Shown one piece after another: positions 42,205-58,798 of a stretch of 64,000 nt of DNA (within the stretch, counting starts at the first letter, position 1; each line of letters starts with the position of its first letter). The notes below the pieces were generated by a model that was not told the DNA's origin, ran no database searches, and worked only from the letters and a program-made list of their open reading frames with translations. The position numbers and the translations under genes are program-made. Source of the stretch: Eledone cirrhosa (Eukaryota); NCBI GenBank assembly GCA_964016885.1, contig OZ024740.1, positions 232,996,001 to 233,060,000 on the forward strand, written 5' to 3'.

Positions 42205-42886
42205 TATGTATACGTACATACATATATGTATACAGACGTACAGTAGTATGTATATATATATACATACATGCACACATACATATATGTACGTATGGATTCA
42301 CCGAACATTTATTATAATGCTCGGTGTATTTGTAAACAAATATCCCGAATTAAGCCGTACAGTGTCTAGCAACCATCGTTGCTCATTTGTTCAACACTGA
42401 CAAAGAAACGCTGTACTAGATTCAAGCTTATTAGCTATCGTCAGCAACGTATACCTTCCTGTCAGATGATTGAACGTCTGAAAGTATATACTTTCCTTAT
42501 GCATATTAACGGCTGAGCAGCCTAATTTGCCTATCGACTGAGTTAATCGGCGGGGTACCGAAAACGACAAACGGAAAAAATGAAACGAAATTTCATTTCT
42601 CACTCTTAGTACGGCAGTGACTTAAATATAAGTATGTATACGTACATACATATAAGTATACAGACGTACAGTAGTATGTATATATATATATATATATATA
42701 TATACATGCACACATATATATATATGTACGTATGGATTCACCGAACATTTATTATAATGCTCGGTGTCTTTGTAAACATACATCCCGAATTAAGCCGTAC
42801 ATTGTCTAGCAACCATCGTCGCTCATTTGTTCAACACTGACAAAGGAACGCTGTACTAGTTTCAAGCTTATTAGCTATCGTCAGCA
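42200..42886 (-). mobile_element. Retrozyme-like tandem: two hammerheads exactly 440 nt apart (family B)
   Basis: Cores at 42408-42450 (GAAA mutated to GAAT) and 42848-42886 (intact core); unit homologous to 27859-28330. Confidence 0.75.
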
Positions 42887-42919
42887 TATATATATAATAT
42901 ATAAATATATGATATATGG

Positions 42920-42985
<66 letters not shown>

Positions 42986-43192
42986 CGTGTGTGCTTGTAT
43001 ATATATATATATATATTTATATATTGTTATACTTGGGGAGGGTCATATTGTTGTAATAATATTGTCAGAAATGATAACAGAACACACACACTGTTTGGTT
43101 GGTTTTCGCTTCTGTATATTTTTTATATATCCATAGTTAATTTATTTGGCAATCAATGTTTATCATTGATTGACCAACGGTTAAAAATACAG

Positions 43193-47150
<3,958 letters not shown>

Positions 47151-47153
47151 ATA

Positions 47154-47200
<47 letters not shown>

Positions 47201-47209
47201 GTATATATA

Positions 47210-47830
47210 TCATCATTGCGAGCTGCGACCACAGTCGAACATTCCTCACACAGTCTCCCAGTAACACACGATATTTTATTGCTCCTAGTAATACATCTCT
47301 ATTAAGGTTTATATCACCTGTAAGTTGATCGATGAATGTTCGAACAGGTCTTCCATTATTGCATCTCCCATGAGTTGGTTCCTACATTAGTAGATTGTGT
47401 ATAACTCCTTTTTACTTCTCCAGCAATGTCCTGCAACTCGTAACCGTTTTTGAGCAATCGTATAAACTTTCATTTGTAATACATTGACACCATTTTATAT
47501 TTTCTACAACCCTGAACGTCGTATTGTAAGCACCATCTAGTTTCTTCTGAAGTGTTTGTGTTTGGGTCCATGTACCTGACCTATAACACAAAGGAGAAGT
47601 AAGTGAAACCTACCATCTGTTATATGTGATACAAATGTTTTCGAATGATATAGATCTTATATCAAATGTGATTAATTTAGCTAGCTGAAGAACCTCTTCA
47701 TAAAGTCGAATTTTCTGCCACGAAACCTGGTCTATACATAAATGTCTCCAAGAGAGAGTACATGTCACTTGGAATACTTTTTCATATCTTGTTCTGTATT
47801 GATCTTTACCTATTTTGTTACGTCCGTCCT
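47210..47830 (-). pseudogene. Degenerate RTE-clade LINE 3' portion
   Basis: Minus-strand QKKLDGAY, AGHCWRSKKEL and PTHGRCNNGRPVRTFIDQL; short (ATG)n tail. Confidence 0.75.
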
Positions 47831-48033
47831 AATGTGCACTGGAATGAACGGTCTCAAACGTTGTCTTTGTTCTAATTTGAATTCATATCCTAAAAACATA
47901 GCCACGCGGGCCGTTTTTTGAAACTATCATTTAATAGACCTCACACCGAGCGGTCTGTTTTTTTCTATTCTCCATTCTTACGTTTTCTCATTTGCATATG
48001 AAGCAATATAAATTGGCTCGACTTATAATAGAA

Positions 48034-48470
48034 TCTGCCGGACACCACTGGGTGGCGTTAGCTGCCACTGGTCTTTTCATAGCTATGGTTTTCTAAATGT
48101 TTATTTATAAGCATACCACATTTCTTTAGAAATATGAAATTCAAATACATATTTCTATGCGGCTATGTTCGAAACTAAATCCTAATTTTATTCTATTATA
48201 AGTTTAGCCAACTTATACAGATTCATATGCAAATGAGATTAATCATCCCATTTACACAGACAAAAACTATATATTTTCGCCTGTTTTCAAAGAGCGGGAG
48301 AGATCGTCTTGACGAGAACTAGTTGAGTTCGAAATGCATCTACTATTGTCCTCCTTGCTTCTGCCGGACACCGCTAGGTGGTATTAGTTGCCAGTGTGTT
48401 TTTCATAGATATGGCTTTCTAAATGTTTATTTATAAACATACCGTATCTCCTTAGAAATACGAAATTCAA

Positions 48471-48474
<4 letters not shown>
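48034..48474 (+). repeat. Dispersed repeat with ~115-bp internal direct repeats
   Basis: 48034-48148 vs 48360-48474; related sequence at 8330-8395. Confidence 0.6.
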
Positions 48475-48554
<80 letters not shown>

Positions 48555-49142
48555 GCACACACACACATGTATATATATATATATATATATAATAAAAAAT
48601 AACGAGGATTTAATAACATCGTTAATAGATTTACGACCGTGTTTTTCAAATTCAGAAAGTAGCATTATATATATATATGTGTGTGTGTGTGTGGGGGGGG
48701 GGGGGGCTGTGTAAAGAAGAAAAGTGAGCATGGAGAAACAATACAGTAGCAACATACAATGGAATGATGCTATGATAGATAGATACAGGTGGAAACATTT
48801 CCTAACGGTTCTGGTGCTAATCGTTCATCGGGAGATAGGATGAAAGAGAAGAAGAAAGAAAAATGAAAAATTAGACTTGAGTAAAAATACTGGGAATAAG
48901 GTTAGATAGGAAGGATAGAAAGTACGTGATGCTGTTAGTCTGGTACTGTAGATGTGTGTGTTTCTCTCTCTCTCTCTCTGTGTGTGGTGAAAGATAAATG
49001 AATGTTTCGTACATCCTACTGCATTTATATCTGTGCCTGTAACTGTCAATATCAATATAACCATTTTATGTCTCGTAACATCAGATACACACAAACATAT
49101 ATACATTCATACATACACAAACATACATACATACATACAAGT

Positions 49143-49898
49143 TTATGACATCACACCCTGAGGGATATCTCTATGCAATACAGGAACAAGAACTCCCTAT
49201 CAAATATCTGCTGCACAAAAGACGAGGGCCATCAGCTGACAATAAATGTAGGCTATGTAAAACAAAGATCGAGGATGTAAGCCACATTGTTGCCAGCTGC
49301 GAAAGAATTTCATCTCGCTACTACCTCCCCATGAGACACGATGGGATAGCTAGAACTATCTGGAACGCACGTCGGAAAACAAAATTAACAACAAACGAGG
49401 AGGAATATATTGAGACAGATGGCACTAAGGAATACTGGTGGAACCTGAAGATAAAAACTGCCACCAAATTAAAGCACAACCGGCCTGATATTGTTGTTTG
49501 GGACCACACATTGAAAACGTGTTCTGTTGTGGAGATCAGCTGCCAACATGATGTAAACGTTGTCAGAAAAATACAGGAGAAGGAGGACATCTACGGACCA
49601 TTGATGAGGAGTTTACAAATCCAGTATCCAAGATACACCTTTAGCTTCATACCCATCATTATTGGGGCTACGGGTTATATACCAACCCGTTTGGACCAAA
49701 TTATGACTGAACTTGGATTTGCGGACAAAGAGCGCAGCTCCCTAATTCATAGTGTACAAAGGGCTGCGATAGCTGGCACCTTCAAAATTTGCAAAACATT
49801 CTTGCGATTCAAGGGATCTCAATTTCTTTTCTGTTACAAACTTGCCACCAGGAAGGTGGCCGGTCAAAAAATATACTCGAAATTAAGAGAAAGAGATA
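49143..49898 (+). mobile_element. 5'-truncated R4/Dong-clade RLE retrotransposon inside (CATA)n
   Basis: Uninterrupted frame with CCHC knuckle CRLC..SHIVASC, RHD, NRPDIVVWD and EISC..D..K..K..Y restriction-like endonuclease motifs. Confidence 0.85.
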
Positions 49899-49980
49899 AC
49901 ATACATACATACATACATACATACATACATACATACATACATACATACATACATGCATGCATGCATGCATACATACATAC

Positions 49981-50950
49981 ATGGTGGCTGCCAACTCGTT
50001 TTCGAGTACGGCCACTACGTTATATCCATGTTGGAGAACTCCTACCGATGCGCTGAACGAGTGTGACTTTTTAGTCCAGCCAGCGACTTGAAAACTCTGG
50101 TACAAACACTACACTTGTGACAATTATTGACAATTATTGACATACATACATACATACATACATATATACATACATACATACATACATACATACATACATA
50201 CATACATACATACATACATACATACATACATGATGGCTGCAAACTCTGCTAAGAGTATTGCAATCGCTTGTCAGATTACAGAAAATGGTGCGCTTTTAGG
50301 CTACGGTCAGCCACAAGAAATTGTAACATATCCTGAACAAGCAATGCGTGTGCTTTGAAGGTTTTTTTTTAAGTTGGGAAAGGCCTTGCACTCGACCAAT
50401 GCCACTCTGTGCATTGAAAACACTACCTAAAAAGGAGAATTGGTCAACATCATCGGATGCTTCCAAAGCCGCAGGTTTTTTTGGGGAATTTCCCTCTCTT
50501 AGACAACAACTGGGGCCCTTTCACTCCCATACATACATACATACATACATACATACATACATACATACATACATACATACATACATACATACATACATCC
50601 ATACTAGCTGCAAACTCGATCTCAAGTAATGCCATCGCTTGATACTTAACCATGAGCATCATGGACGTGGCTTTGTAATCCTGTTAGAGACTTGCATACG
50701 GTCAGTAATACCATGTATCGCAAATCTATGCATCGCAAAATATGTCACATATCAAGTGATGCCTGTGGTTGAAGCTTTTTCAAGTGAGGAAAGGCTTCGA
50801 ACGGTGCCAATCCCACTCTCTGAACATCGAATGCATTTACCCAAAAAGTAGAACTGATCTACAGCATTGCATGAAGACAAGTCGCAGGTCTTATATCAGA
50901 GTGACCTCGCCCTGAGAGATGTCTTGATGCAGACTAGGAGTCTTTCGTTC
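49981..50950 (-). mobile_element. Three stacked, related LINE 3' ends (probably RTE-type) with (TATG)n tails
   Basis: Pieces at 49981-50140, 50230-50528 and 50598-50950 share the end GAGTT(T/G)GCAGC + (TATG)n; C2H2-like CSVCTRVFKSLAGLKSHTRSAH and VCKSLTGLQSHVHDAH. Confidence 0.6.
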
Positions 50951-50983
50951 CGCAAAAATTAATAAATGAAATGAAATAAATAA

Positions 50984-51176
50984 ATAATTGTTTCTACTTT
51001 TGGCACAAGGCCAGCAATTATCACAGTGCACTACTGGTACTTTATTTTATCGACCCCGTAAGGATGAAAGGCAAAGTTAACCTCGGCGGGATTTGAACTC
51101 AGACCATAAAGGGCCGTAACTCTTTGCTGCAAAGCATGGCATCCAACCCTCTACCGATACTGCCAATCCACCGCCC
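50984..51176 (-). mobile_element. SINE family 1
   Basis: Full consensus; AAATAAATAAATAAT TSD. Confidence 0.9.
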
Positions 51177-51737
51177 TAAAATAAATAAATAATGACTTTA
51201 TTGGATGCCCTTCTTGCAGCAATAGAGTGCACAGCAGCGACTGTCTGCATTTATTTTGCAACAATGCATAATCGGTGCATGTTACTTCATCAGCGGGTTT
51301 CGCCTAATCAATAACCAATGAAACGGTAAAATTCGATCCTAGTCCGTGTTGGCTATGAGAGTGAATGTGACGGTCACCACAGAAGTACATTAGCAACTGA
51401 AATCACTATACGTCATCACAATGCCGTCAACCGATTGGCTACAGGTTCAGAAATTTACGTGACGGTAGTAGACGAAATTCAAATAGTTCCGCTCCGCTGT
51501 AAGCATTCAGCTAACCTGTCTCAATCACAAATTAGCAGGCGAGTGAAAAATCGGTTATTAGAGAAAATCAGTCTCCAATCGCTGTACAATAGAATGGTAG
51601 CATTCGGCTCCAGTCTCCAAGTACCATGGCGAGAAATAGTGGGATTAGACAGCGAAATAGAGTTTTCACGATATATATATAAATATATATATACACGTAA
51701 GGTTTTTGTTAAGCAATTTACTAGTTGTATAATATAA

Positions 51738-52693
51738 CTAGCAGTGGTATCCGGCGTTGCACGTGATAATGTATTTTGGACCGTGGGCCGCCAAAATACC
51801 TAATCTTGGAAAAACTGCCTGAACAATATGTAAAGAAAATAAACCGAATATTCTGATGGCTGGATAATCTTTAAGATTTTCCTCGATGAAGCAGGAAAAA
51901 TGCATGTTTACACCTAATGCGGGCCCTAGGAGATCAAGAAAATGAATTTTTTTTACGTGCATAATATGCCTTGAAATTTCGGGAAAATCGGCTAGACGTA
52001 ACGCCTCCAAAAAGCCCTAAAAAGCTGAAAAAATGAAGTTTTCACCTAGGCCATAAAAAAGTTGGATTTTCTTTGTTCGCGGTATGAAGAAGAGACTGAC
52101 TAATACATAGTTACAATTTCAAGGAAATCGGTCTGACGTAACACCTAAAAAAAAAACCTAAAAAGCTTTATAAACTCAGTTTTTCACCTAATGCGGGCCC
52201 TAGGAGATCAAAAAGTTGAATATTTTTATGTGCATAAAACTCCCTGTAACATAAGTAATACACATGTAAAGTTTGAAAAAAATCGGTTGGGTACTTCTCG
52301 AGATTTACGGATTCACACTCACAGACACACACACACACGCACACACACGCACACACACACACGCACACACACACACACACACAGGCAGACATCCTCAGGG
52401 AAGTAACGTAATGCAGACAGTCAGACATACAGACAGATATTATAAGGACAGATATTATATGTATGTATCTATCTAAAGAGAGAAAGACTAAGAATTATAG
52501 GGAGAGATCGCTAAAACGCCTAATGCGATCCCTATGGTATTGAAAATTAGAAATTATTTTTGCTCAGAACACTCCCTGAAACATAAGTATTACATGTGTA
52601 AAGTTTGAAAACAGTCGGTTGGGTGGTTCTTGAGTTTTAGGGATTCATACTCACACACACACAGACAGACATCCTCAGTTTTATATATATAGA
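51738..52693 (-). mobile_element. Non-autonomous Helitron, complete
   Basis: Minus strand reads A|TCTATATATATAAAA...GTGCAACGCCGG..TGCTAG|T, i.e. canonical TC/CTAG ends and AT target; internal repeats. Confidence 0.8.
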
Positions 52694-54619
52694 TAATACA
52701 GTAGAAAGGCAACATTTTTTTCTGGTTAAAAAGAGACAGCAAAATATATATTATGTATAATTGCAGTTTTAAGTTTTCGCCTTGGTCAGACATAATTTAT
52801 AACGATGAAATGAGTTGTATAACATAAACCACTCCCATGAGTAATAATGGTACAAATCGACTCAAATATATTCAATAGGGAGTGAAACCCATTCGTGTCA
52901 CAAGGAATATCTCATTCACACATACAGCATGCATCTTAACTCTCGAAATTACGGTTTATTCACCATACCAATCATCGTCTAAATTATGAATTTATGATAT
53001 AGTATGAAACACTAGAAACTTTGCTAATAAAACAGAGTTCATTTACCCCCTGCTAACTTTCTACTTCTATAAGTGGGGATAGTGTTGGAGGGGGAAGGAT
53101 TGAACGGTGCTAAAAACAAGATGAAAATAAATAAAGAAAACCTACAAGCAATAACAATTTACAACTTACAACTGACTCCAATAAATGAGTCTATATAATA
53201 CGAGAAATCTAAATGTTAAGAGAAACAACAAAACAAAAAACAAAAACAATTAAAGCAACCAAAGAAAGGCATATAAAAAGGGGAAAAAACATAGAAAATA
53301 ATACAAATTAAATAAGGAAATAGTTATTATTTAAAAAACAGTAAACTGCTACTTCAAATCATAATGTTTAAGACTCGCGCTACTGAAGCAAATAAAACAC
53401 TTACATTTCGCCTCTTGTAAAACAGAAAGGAAAAAGTAAACTGTCCTACAGGTCTGATAGTTCTGCATATGGAAAACATCAGAACCAATGAGTAGCAAAA
53501 AATATTTTAGCGTCACAGTAAACGACGTTATTTTGTACTTCTAATTTCTTTATTTCTTTGTTTTGTATTCATGTTGTTCGTACTGATGTTGTTTTTGGTA
53601 ATGATAGTTACGTTGATGGTATTGTTGTTGTCGTCGTTATTGTTGTCTTTGTCCTCTTTTAGGTGCTTCATAAATTCGAGTTGTTATCAGTAATTCTGCA
53701 CATAATAATAGGTAGAACCCAACTTCTGAAATAATTTATTTCTATAGAAATATTTTAAGTGGGATGTCCCTAACTTTCTCTTTTAAATGCTTGTGTATTT
53801 TCATATATTTATTCGTTCTGTGTGTGAGTATGTGTATGTTTTGTGTTTCGTGGAGAGAGGTCTACAACAAGCGACATGAGTGTATGTAGCTCTTCTTCAA
53901 CGCGATTTTCCACTGGTCTATTAGCCGTTTATTTTGTCACACAGCCAAGCGTTCACCATGGTGTAGTTAATCACATAAAATGCTACGGAGACGGAGAAGG
54001 TGCGAGTCACCTATGTGTATTGCATGCTCTTTTGTGTAATGTGATTCAGTGTTGCTACTGTTGCTTGAATGAGGGGTTTGTCTGTAAAATTGTATAATGC
54101 CAGGAAACTAAAGGAATCTCCCAGAGACATTGGAAGACACTTCATCATGCAGTTTTGTGCGGTCAATTTATAGCACCATAAGAAGAGATTGGAAAAATTA
54201 ACTGCTCAGTAAAGTAGGAGAGTATCATTGAGTATTCCTTTAAACTTCCTATAGGAAGATACACACAATTCGACCCCAGTCACATAATGTATCCAGGAAC
54301 TATACTCGTGACAAGATAGCTTCATGATAATTATTGGGAGTGGCTTGATGACGTATTTATTGCATGTGTGGTCACTGAGAGACATTCACCGCCTTAAAGA
54401 AGGAATTCGTGTAGAATGTTATCAGACGATTTCATTGCCAATGCAAATTCATAGACATCCTTAACCAATAGCTCACACCACAGTTCTCGTTGATGTTGTG
54501 AGGGAGAGGCAAACGTATGAGTATTTAGTTGTAAAACAGGAACCAAATAAGATGGGGGTTTTTCTAGTATTCTTATTCCTCATTTGTGTTACCACACTGT
54601 TACATATGACATGTGTTGG

Positions 54620-54770
54620 CTGAAATAGATGTATGGTTAAGAACTTTGGCTCCTAACCACATAGACTTGGATTAAATCCCACTCTGTGGTACCATGCACA
54701 AATATCTTCTACCATATATTTCGTTTACTATAAAATATATGGAAGACAGAAACTGTAGAAACCCGTTGCA
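54620..54770 (+). mobile_element. Old tRNA-derived SINE (OR-like) remnant
   Basis: TGGTTAAGAAC..CCTAACCAC..GGATTAAATCCCACT..TCTTCTACCATA. Confidence 0.45.
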
Positions 54771-55204
54771 TATATAAGGCCCCCATCGGTCATTGATGAC
54801 CATGGTTTCGACTATGAAACGGTCTGTATAATTTATGATCAATATATCCTTTTATTCAAAAGAATACTCCCCGGAAAAGAATCACAGATTCTTCTAATAT
54901 TGTTTATTCCAATGATTTTTAATGCCTTCTGTTGTTTAGGCTGTATTCGAAACCATGGTAGGGAGATGTTTATATAAGTAAGATAATTTATTTTTTTCTG
55001 TGTGACAGATTCCTAAAAATTTGCTTACGCTTGTATGGAATATTGCTTCTCTGGGGGCTATGTTATCTATATGTTTTATCCACCCATTGAAATGTTTAAA
55101 TATTAGAGACTAAAAACCTTTTCATTAATATTTACTGTTCCTTAATTTATTGAGTTCTTTCAGACAGATTTTGACTGCTATTTCTAGCGTCATCATAAGC
55201 CTGT

Positions 55205-55471
55205 CGTATAGTCTTAGTGGTAAGGTTTTTGACTTACCATCATAATGTCGTAGGTTCGATTCCTGGGTTGTGTGTTGTGTTCTTGAGCAAAACACTTCAT
55301 TTCACGTTGCTCCTGTATACTCAGCTGAAAATAAGTACCAGCAATAGCTGGGGGTTTAACCTTGCGATGGACTAGCGTCCTGTTCAAGGGAGAGTCTCGT
55401 ACACTCAGTCGCTTCACGCCATGAATCCGGGATAAGCACCGGCCAAATGAGCCTTCTGGCTTAAGACAGGC

Positions 55472-55474
<3 letters not shown>
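55205..55474 (+). mobile_element. tRNA-derived SINE sharing the family 2 head with a different tail
   Basis: TAGTGGTAAGG, GGTTCGATTCCTGG, TCTTGAGCAAAACACTT, GCGATGGACTAGCGTCCTGTTCAAGGG. Confidence 0.75.
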
Positions 55475-55528
<54 letters not shown>

Positions 55529-55535
55529 TCACATC

Positions 55536-55574
<39 letters not shown>

Positions 55575-56277
55575 TCACATCCACACATATATATATATAT
55601 ATATATATACTCACATCCACACATACACACACACCACCTTCCGCCCTCCTCGCTCGGACCCCTGTCTCCCCTCCATCCACGCACCACCACCCACACACGC
55701 CTCACACCCTTTCACAACTTGTTTCATTTTTATTTTTGTACCCTCTTTTTAATTTATTTCCTCCCCTTCATTTCCCCCCATTTTAAGTATTTCCACCACT
55801 CCCCCTCACACACTCGGAACTCTTTTCCTTCCCACTTTTCTCCTGATGGCTTATGCCAAAAACGTGCCCCCTCCCACTCTCAAGCGTGAACCTAATACTA
55901 ACACTTTGTACTGCACTCTTCGTTATTGTTTTTGTTTTCTCTTTTCTGTTTTAATGAATACGATTTTTGCTTGTCGAAGACAGAGCAACATGTGAAATCA
56001 ATCACATTTCTCTATGAAGATACAAAAAGCTAGATTAATGAACCAAGTTGGGGTAACACACTTCTCTAAATACTTGCAGGCATGCTACATGGCAATACTC
56101 TCTTTCTACAGATATGAATTCTTAATATACATCAGTGGTTTAATACATCAAACGCTTAGTGCACCGTCATGGAAATAATAACAAATAGAATTATGTAAAT
56201 TTATAGTGATGCCATATCTGATGGTTATATATATCATTTGGTTGTCTATTTCTTGGTGGAGTATGAATCGTGCATAG

Positions 56278-56323
56278 AGTTTCTGATGAAGATCACACTA
56301 GAGATCGAAATTTGAATCAAGCT
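56278..56323 (+). ncRNA. Complete minimal type I hammerhead ribozyme
   Basis: agttt-CTGATGAa-GATC acactaga GATC-GAAA-tttgaa-TC-aagct; predicted cleavage after 56318. Confidence 0.75.
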
Positions 56324-57277
56324 TTTCAATCTACGAAGAAATACGTAAATAAGTCATGCGTACATGATGAGACATATAACAAAATGTGTTTACGTGGTAG
56401 CTTCGGTTTAAAACCTTCATTTTTCATACATATATGAATTTATATATATGTGTGTGTTTGTATATAGGAATGGGAACGAATAGACTCAGCTACGAGCACA
56501 TGTTATATTACTCTATTTCTTTACATTTGTGTATGTAAGTATTTGTGTGTGTAAGGGGTGGGGTGGGGTGAAAACGTCCCAAAACCTGTATAAGGTAAAT
56601 TCAAATATCCACATTTCCATGCATCATATAAAAAAAAGAAGAAACTTCACGAAAATACCATTAATATTCGGCTCCAGTATTCTGTATTTATTATTAGTTT
56701 CAACTTCTTGCCCCCTACTACGGCATGCTAAACTCAATTAAGACATAGTCTCAGTGGGATTGACAAACTGTGCTGAAGGCTAAACACTATAGATACCCTG
56801 CAAAGAACGAGTGCGATGAGGTATACTGTTTCATAATTACACAACTGCATTTCAAATAAGATAGTTCAATGGAGGTGTATGGGTACGTTTCTCAGAATTT
56901 TATTGTCCCTGCCTGATCATGCGTTTTTTTTTTTGCTGAAAGTATGATTATACGCGTCAATCTGTGCGTACATCTATCTATCTATCTATATATCTCAACA
57001 TTTAGAAGAGGAACAAGCTTCAGCTGCTTGTAAGCAACTGAACACGCCTGACGTCACAAACGTTACATGTATCCACACACAGAAGGAAGTATGTGTAGTA
57101 AACACTAATACCACCACAACCAACTACAAAAACACATTAAATGAGAACAACAAAAACACAACAAAAGGAATCAGCGACAACACAAGGAATGAGACCATCA
57201 TCACCACCAACAACCACAATAACAAAATTTCTTTTGCAGCATCAGTTGCTAAGCAACAGGACTTTAAATACTACTCC

Positions 57278-58700
57278 ATGGACATTTCCCAAAAGTCCCA
57301 ATATTTGGAAGAAGCTTCCAACAATGTGACGTTTGAGGGAGACACCCCACACATACACATACCCCCACAAGTAAGAGAAATGACACAGAAAAAGAAGTTA
57401 ATTTATAGAACAGTTGACATCACTACCAAAAACCTCATAATGCTCCCAACAAGCACTATCGAAGCTGCACTAAAAGACATCAAGCCAGACGTGGCATACC
57501 TCCAAAGAGGTAAACACTATGGAAGTGTGTCAGTGCTCTTTCAGAGCGAAACTCTGGCACAAAAACACTCGGTTCACCCAATAAAAATGGATTAACACAT
57601 CTTCTTTCCCACATACATGGGAAGAAGATCCTACAAAATAAAAATAACCAGGATCCCAGCAGAGGTCAACATATGGTGGATCCTACGCTGCATCCTGAAG
57701 AAGGATGAGGACACCCTCCTATCTGTAAACAGGACAGACCGGCTTAACTGGTTTGGAATCTGCATCGAGGTTCTGGTACAAATGAGGCCAGAGAGAGTTG
57801 AGAAAATACCGGACAGGATCGTCCTTGAGGAAGATGTCATCTCCATTTTAGTGGAGGGCAAAAGAACTCAGTGCCATAAGTGTGGGAAAACCACACACTT
57901 AAAGGTCTTTTGCCCTCTCTTAAACAAACCGAGGACAAACAAGGCGTTATTACCAACGCCAAAACCCCAACATCAACACTCCAAACCAAACACAACACAA
58001 ACACATGCAACATCCACTCCCATACCACCACAGACCAGAGACAACCACACACAAAATCCCACTGAAAACCCCTCCATTGCCTCTTCCCCCCCCCCTGTCA
58101 AATACTTCCACAAACACCTGTACAAACACGCCGCCACACAACATACCCCTTCCATCTACCCCTGATTCAGAAGTCTCAGATACGGAAACCTCTACATCTC
58201 CAAGTGAGAATGAAGAGGAACCCCAAAAACCCAAATAACGAAAAAGACACAAAAAAGACACAAAAGCATCTACAGAAAACACGCACACACCCAACCCCAC
58301 CATAAACACACCGCCACAAACGACAAACACACCAACAACACAATCACCACCAACACAACCAAACCCTTCACCAACAAAACAAACAACCACACCACCACAA
58401 TCACAAACCCAACCACAAAAAGAAAACTACAGACAGAAACAGTACACATAAAAAGCAAAATACACTACACATACATAAAAACAAGAAACAAAGAACTGGT
58501 GGAAACTGTCCGAAAGGACCCCACAATACAAACGGAAGGGAAAACCTTCCCCACCAACGACCCACCCCCAAACCTCAAACTTATCAGGGTAACAACCCTA
58601 CAGTATGAAACTTTAAAAGAGAACTTACCACATGATGTGGGCCCCCCTTGCCAAAAGCCCTTAACCGTGTCCTGCTAAAAGGATTCCCTCCCTCCCCAAA
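57278..58700 (+). pseudogene. LINE ORF1, gag-like with CCHC zinc knuckle
   Basis: Frames 57278 and 57617 are continuous across TAA 57593; CHKCGKTTHLKVFC (CX2CX4HX4C); Pro/Thr-rich tail with frameshifts. Confidence 0.8.
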
Positions 58701-58798
58701 CACCACCAATCTGGACATGGAGTTCGAACAACCCGACCTCCAGGAAACGAAAAGGTATGTGTTCCTGCCTTTTCTCTCCTTAACTCTTCTTCACCAAC

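Noticed and set aside
50042-50140. Host C2H2 zinc-finger gene exon
   Set aside because: A single finger without TGEKP linkers, followed by a repeat tail shared with neighbouring fragments; better explained as a LINE C-terminus.
55840-55870. CTGATGG-cttatgcc-AAAAACGTG hammerhead-like remnant
   Set aside because: Both core halves are mutated; only suggestive.
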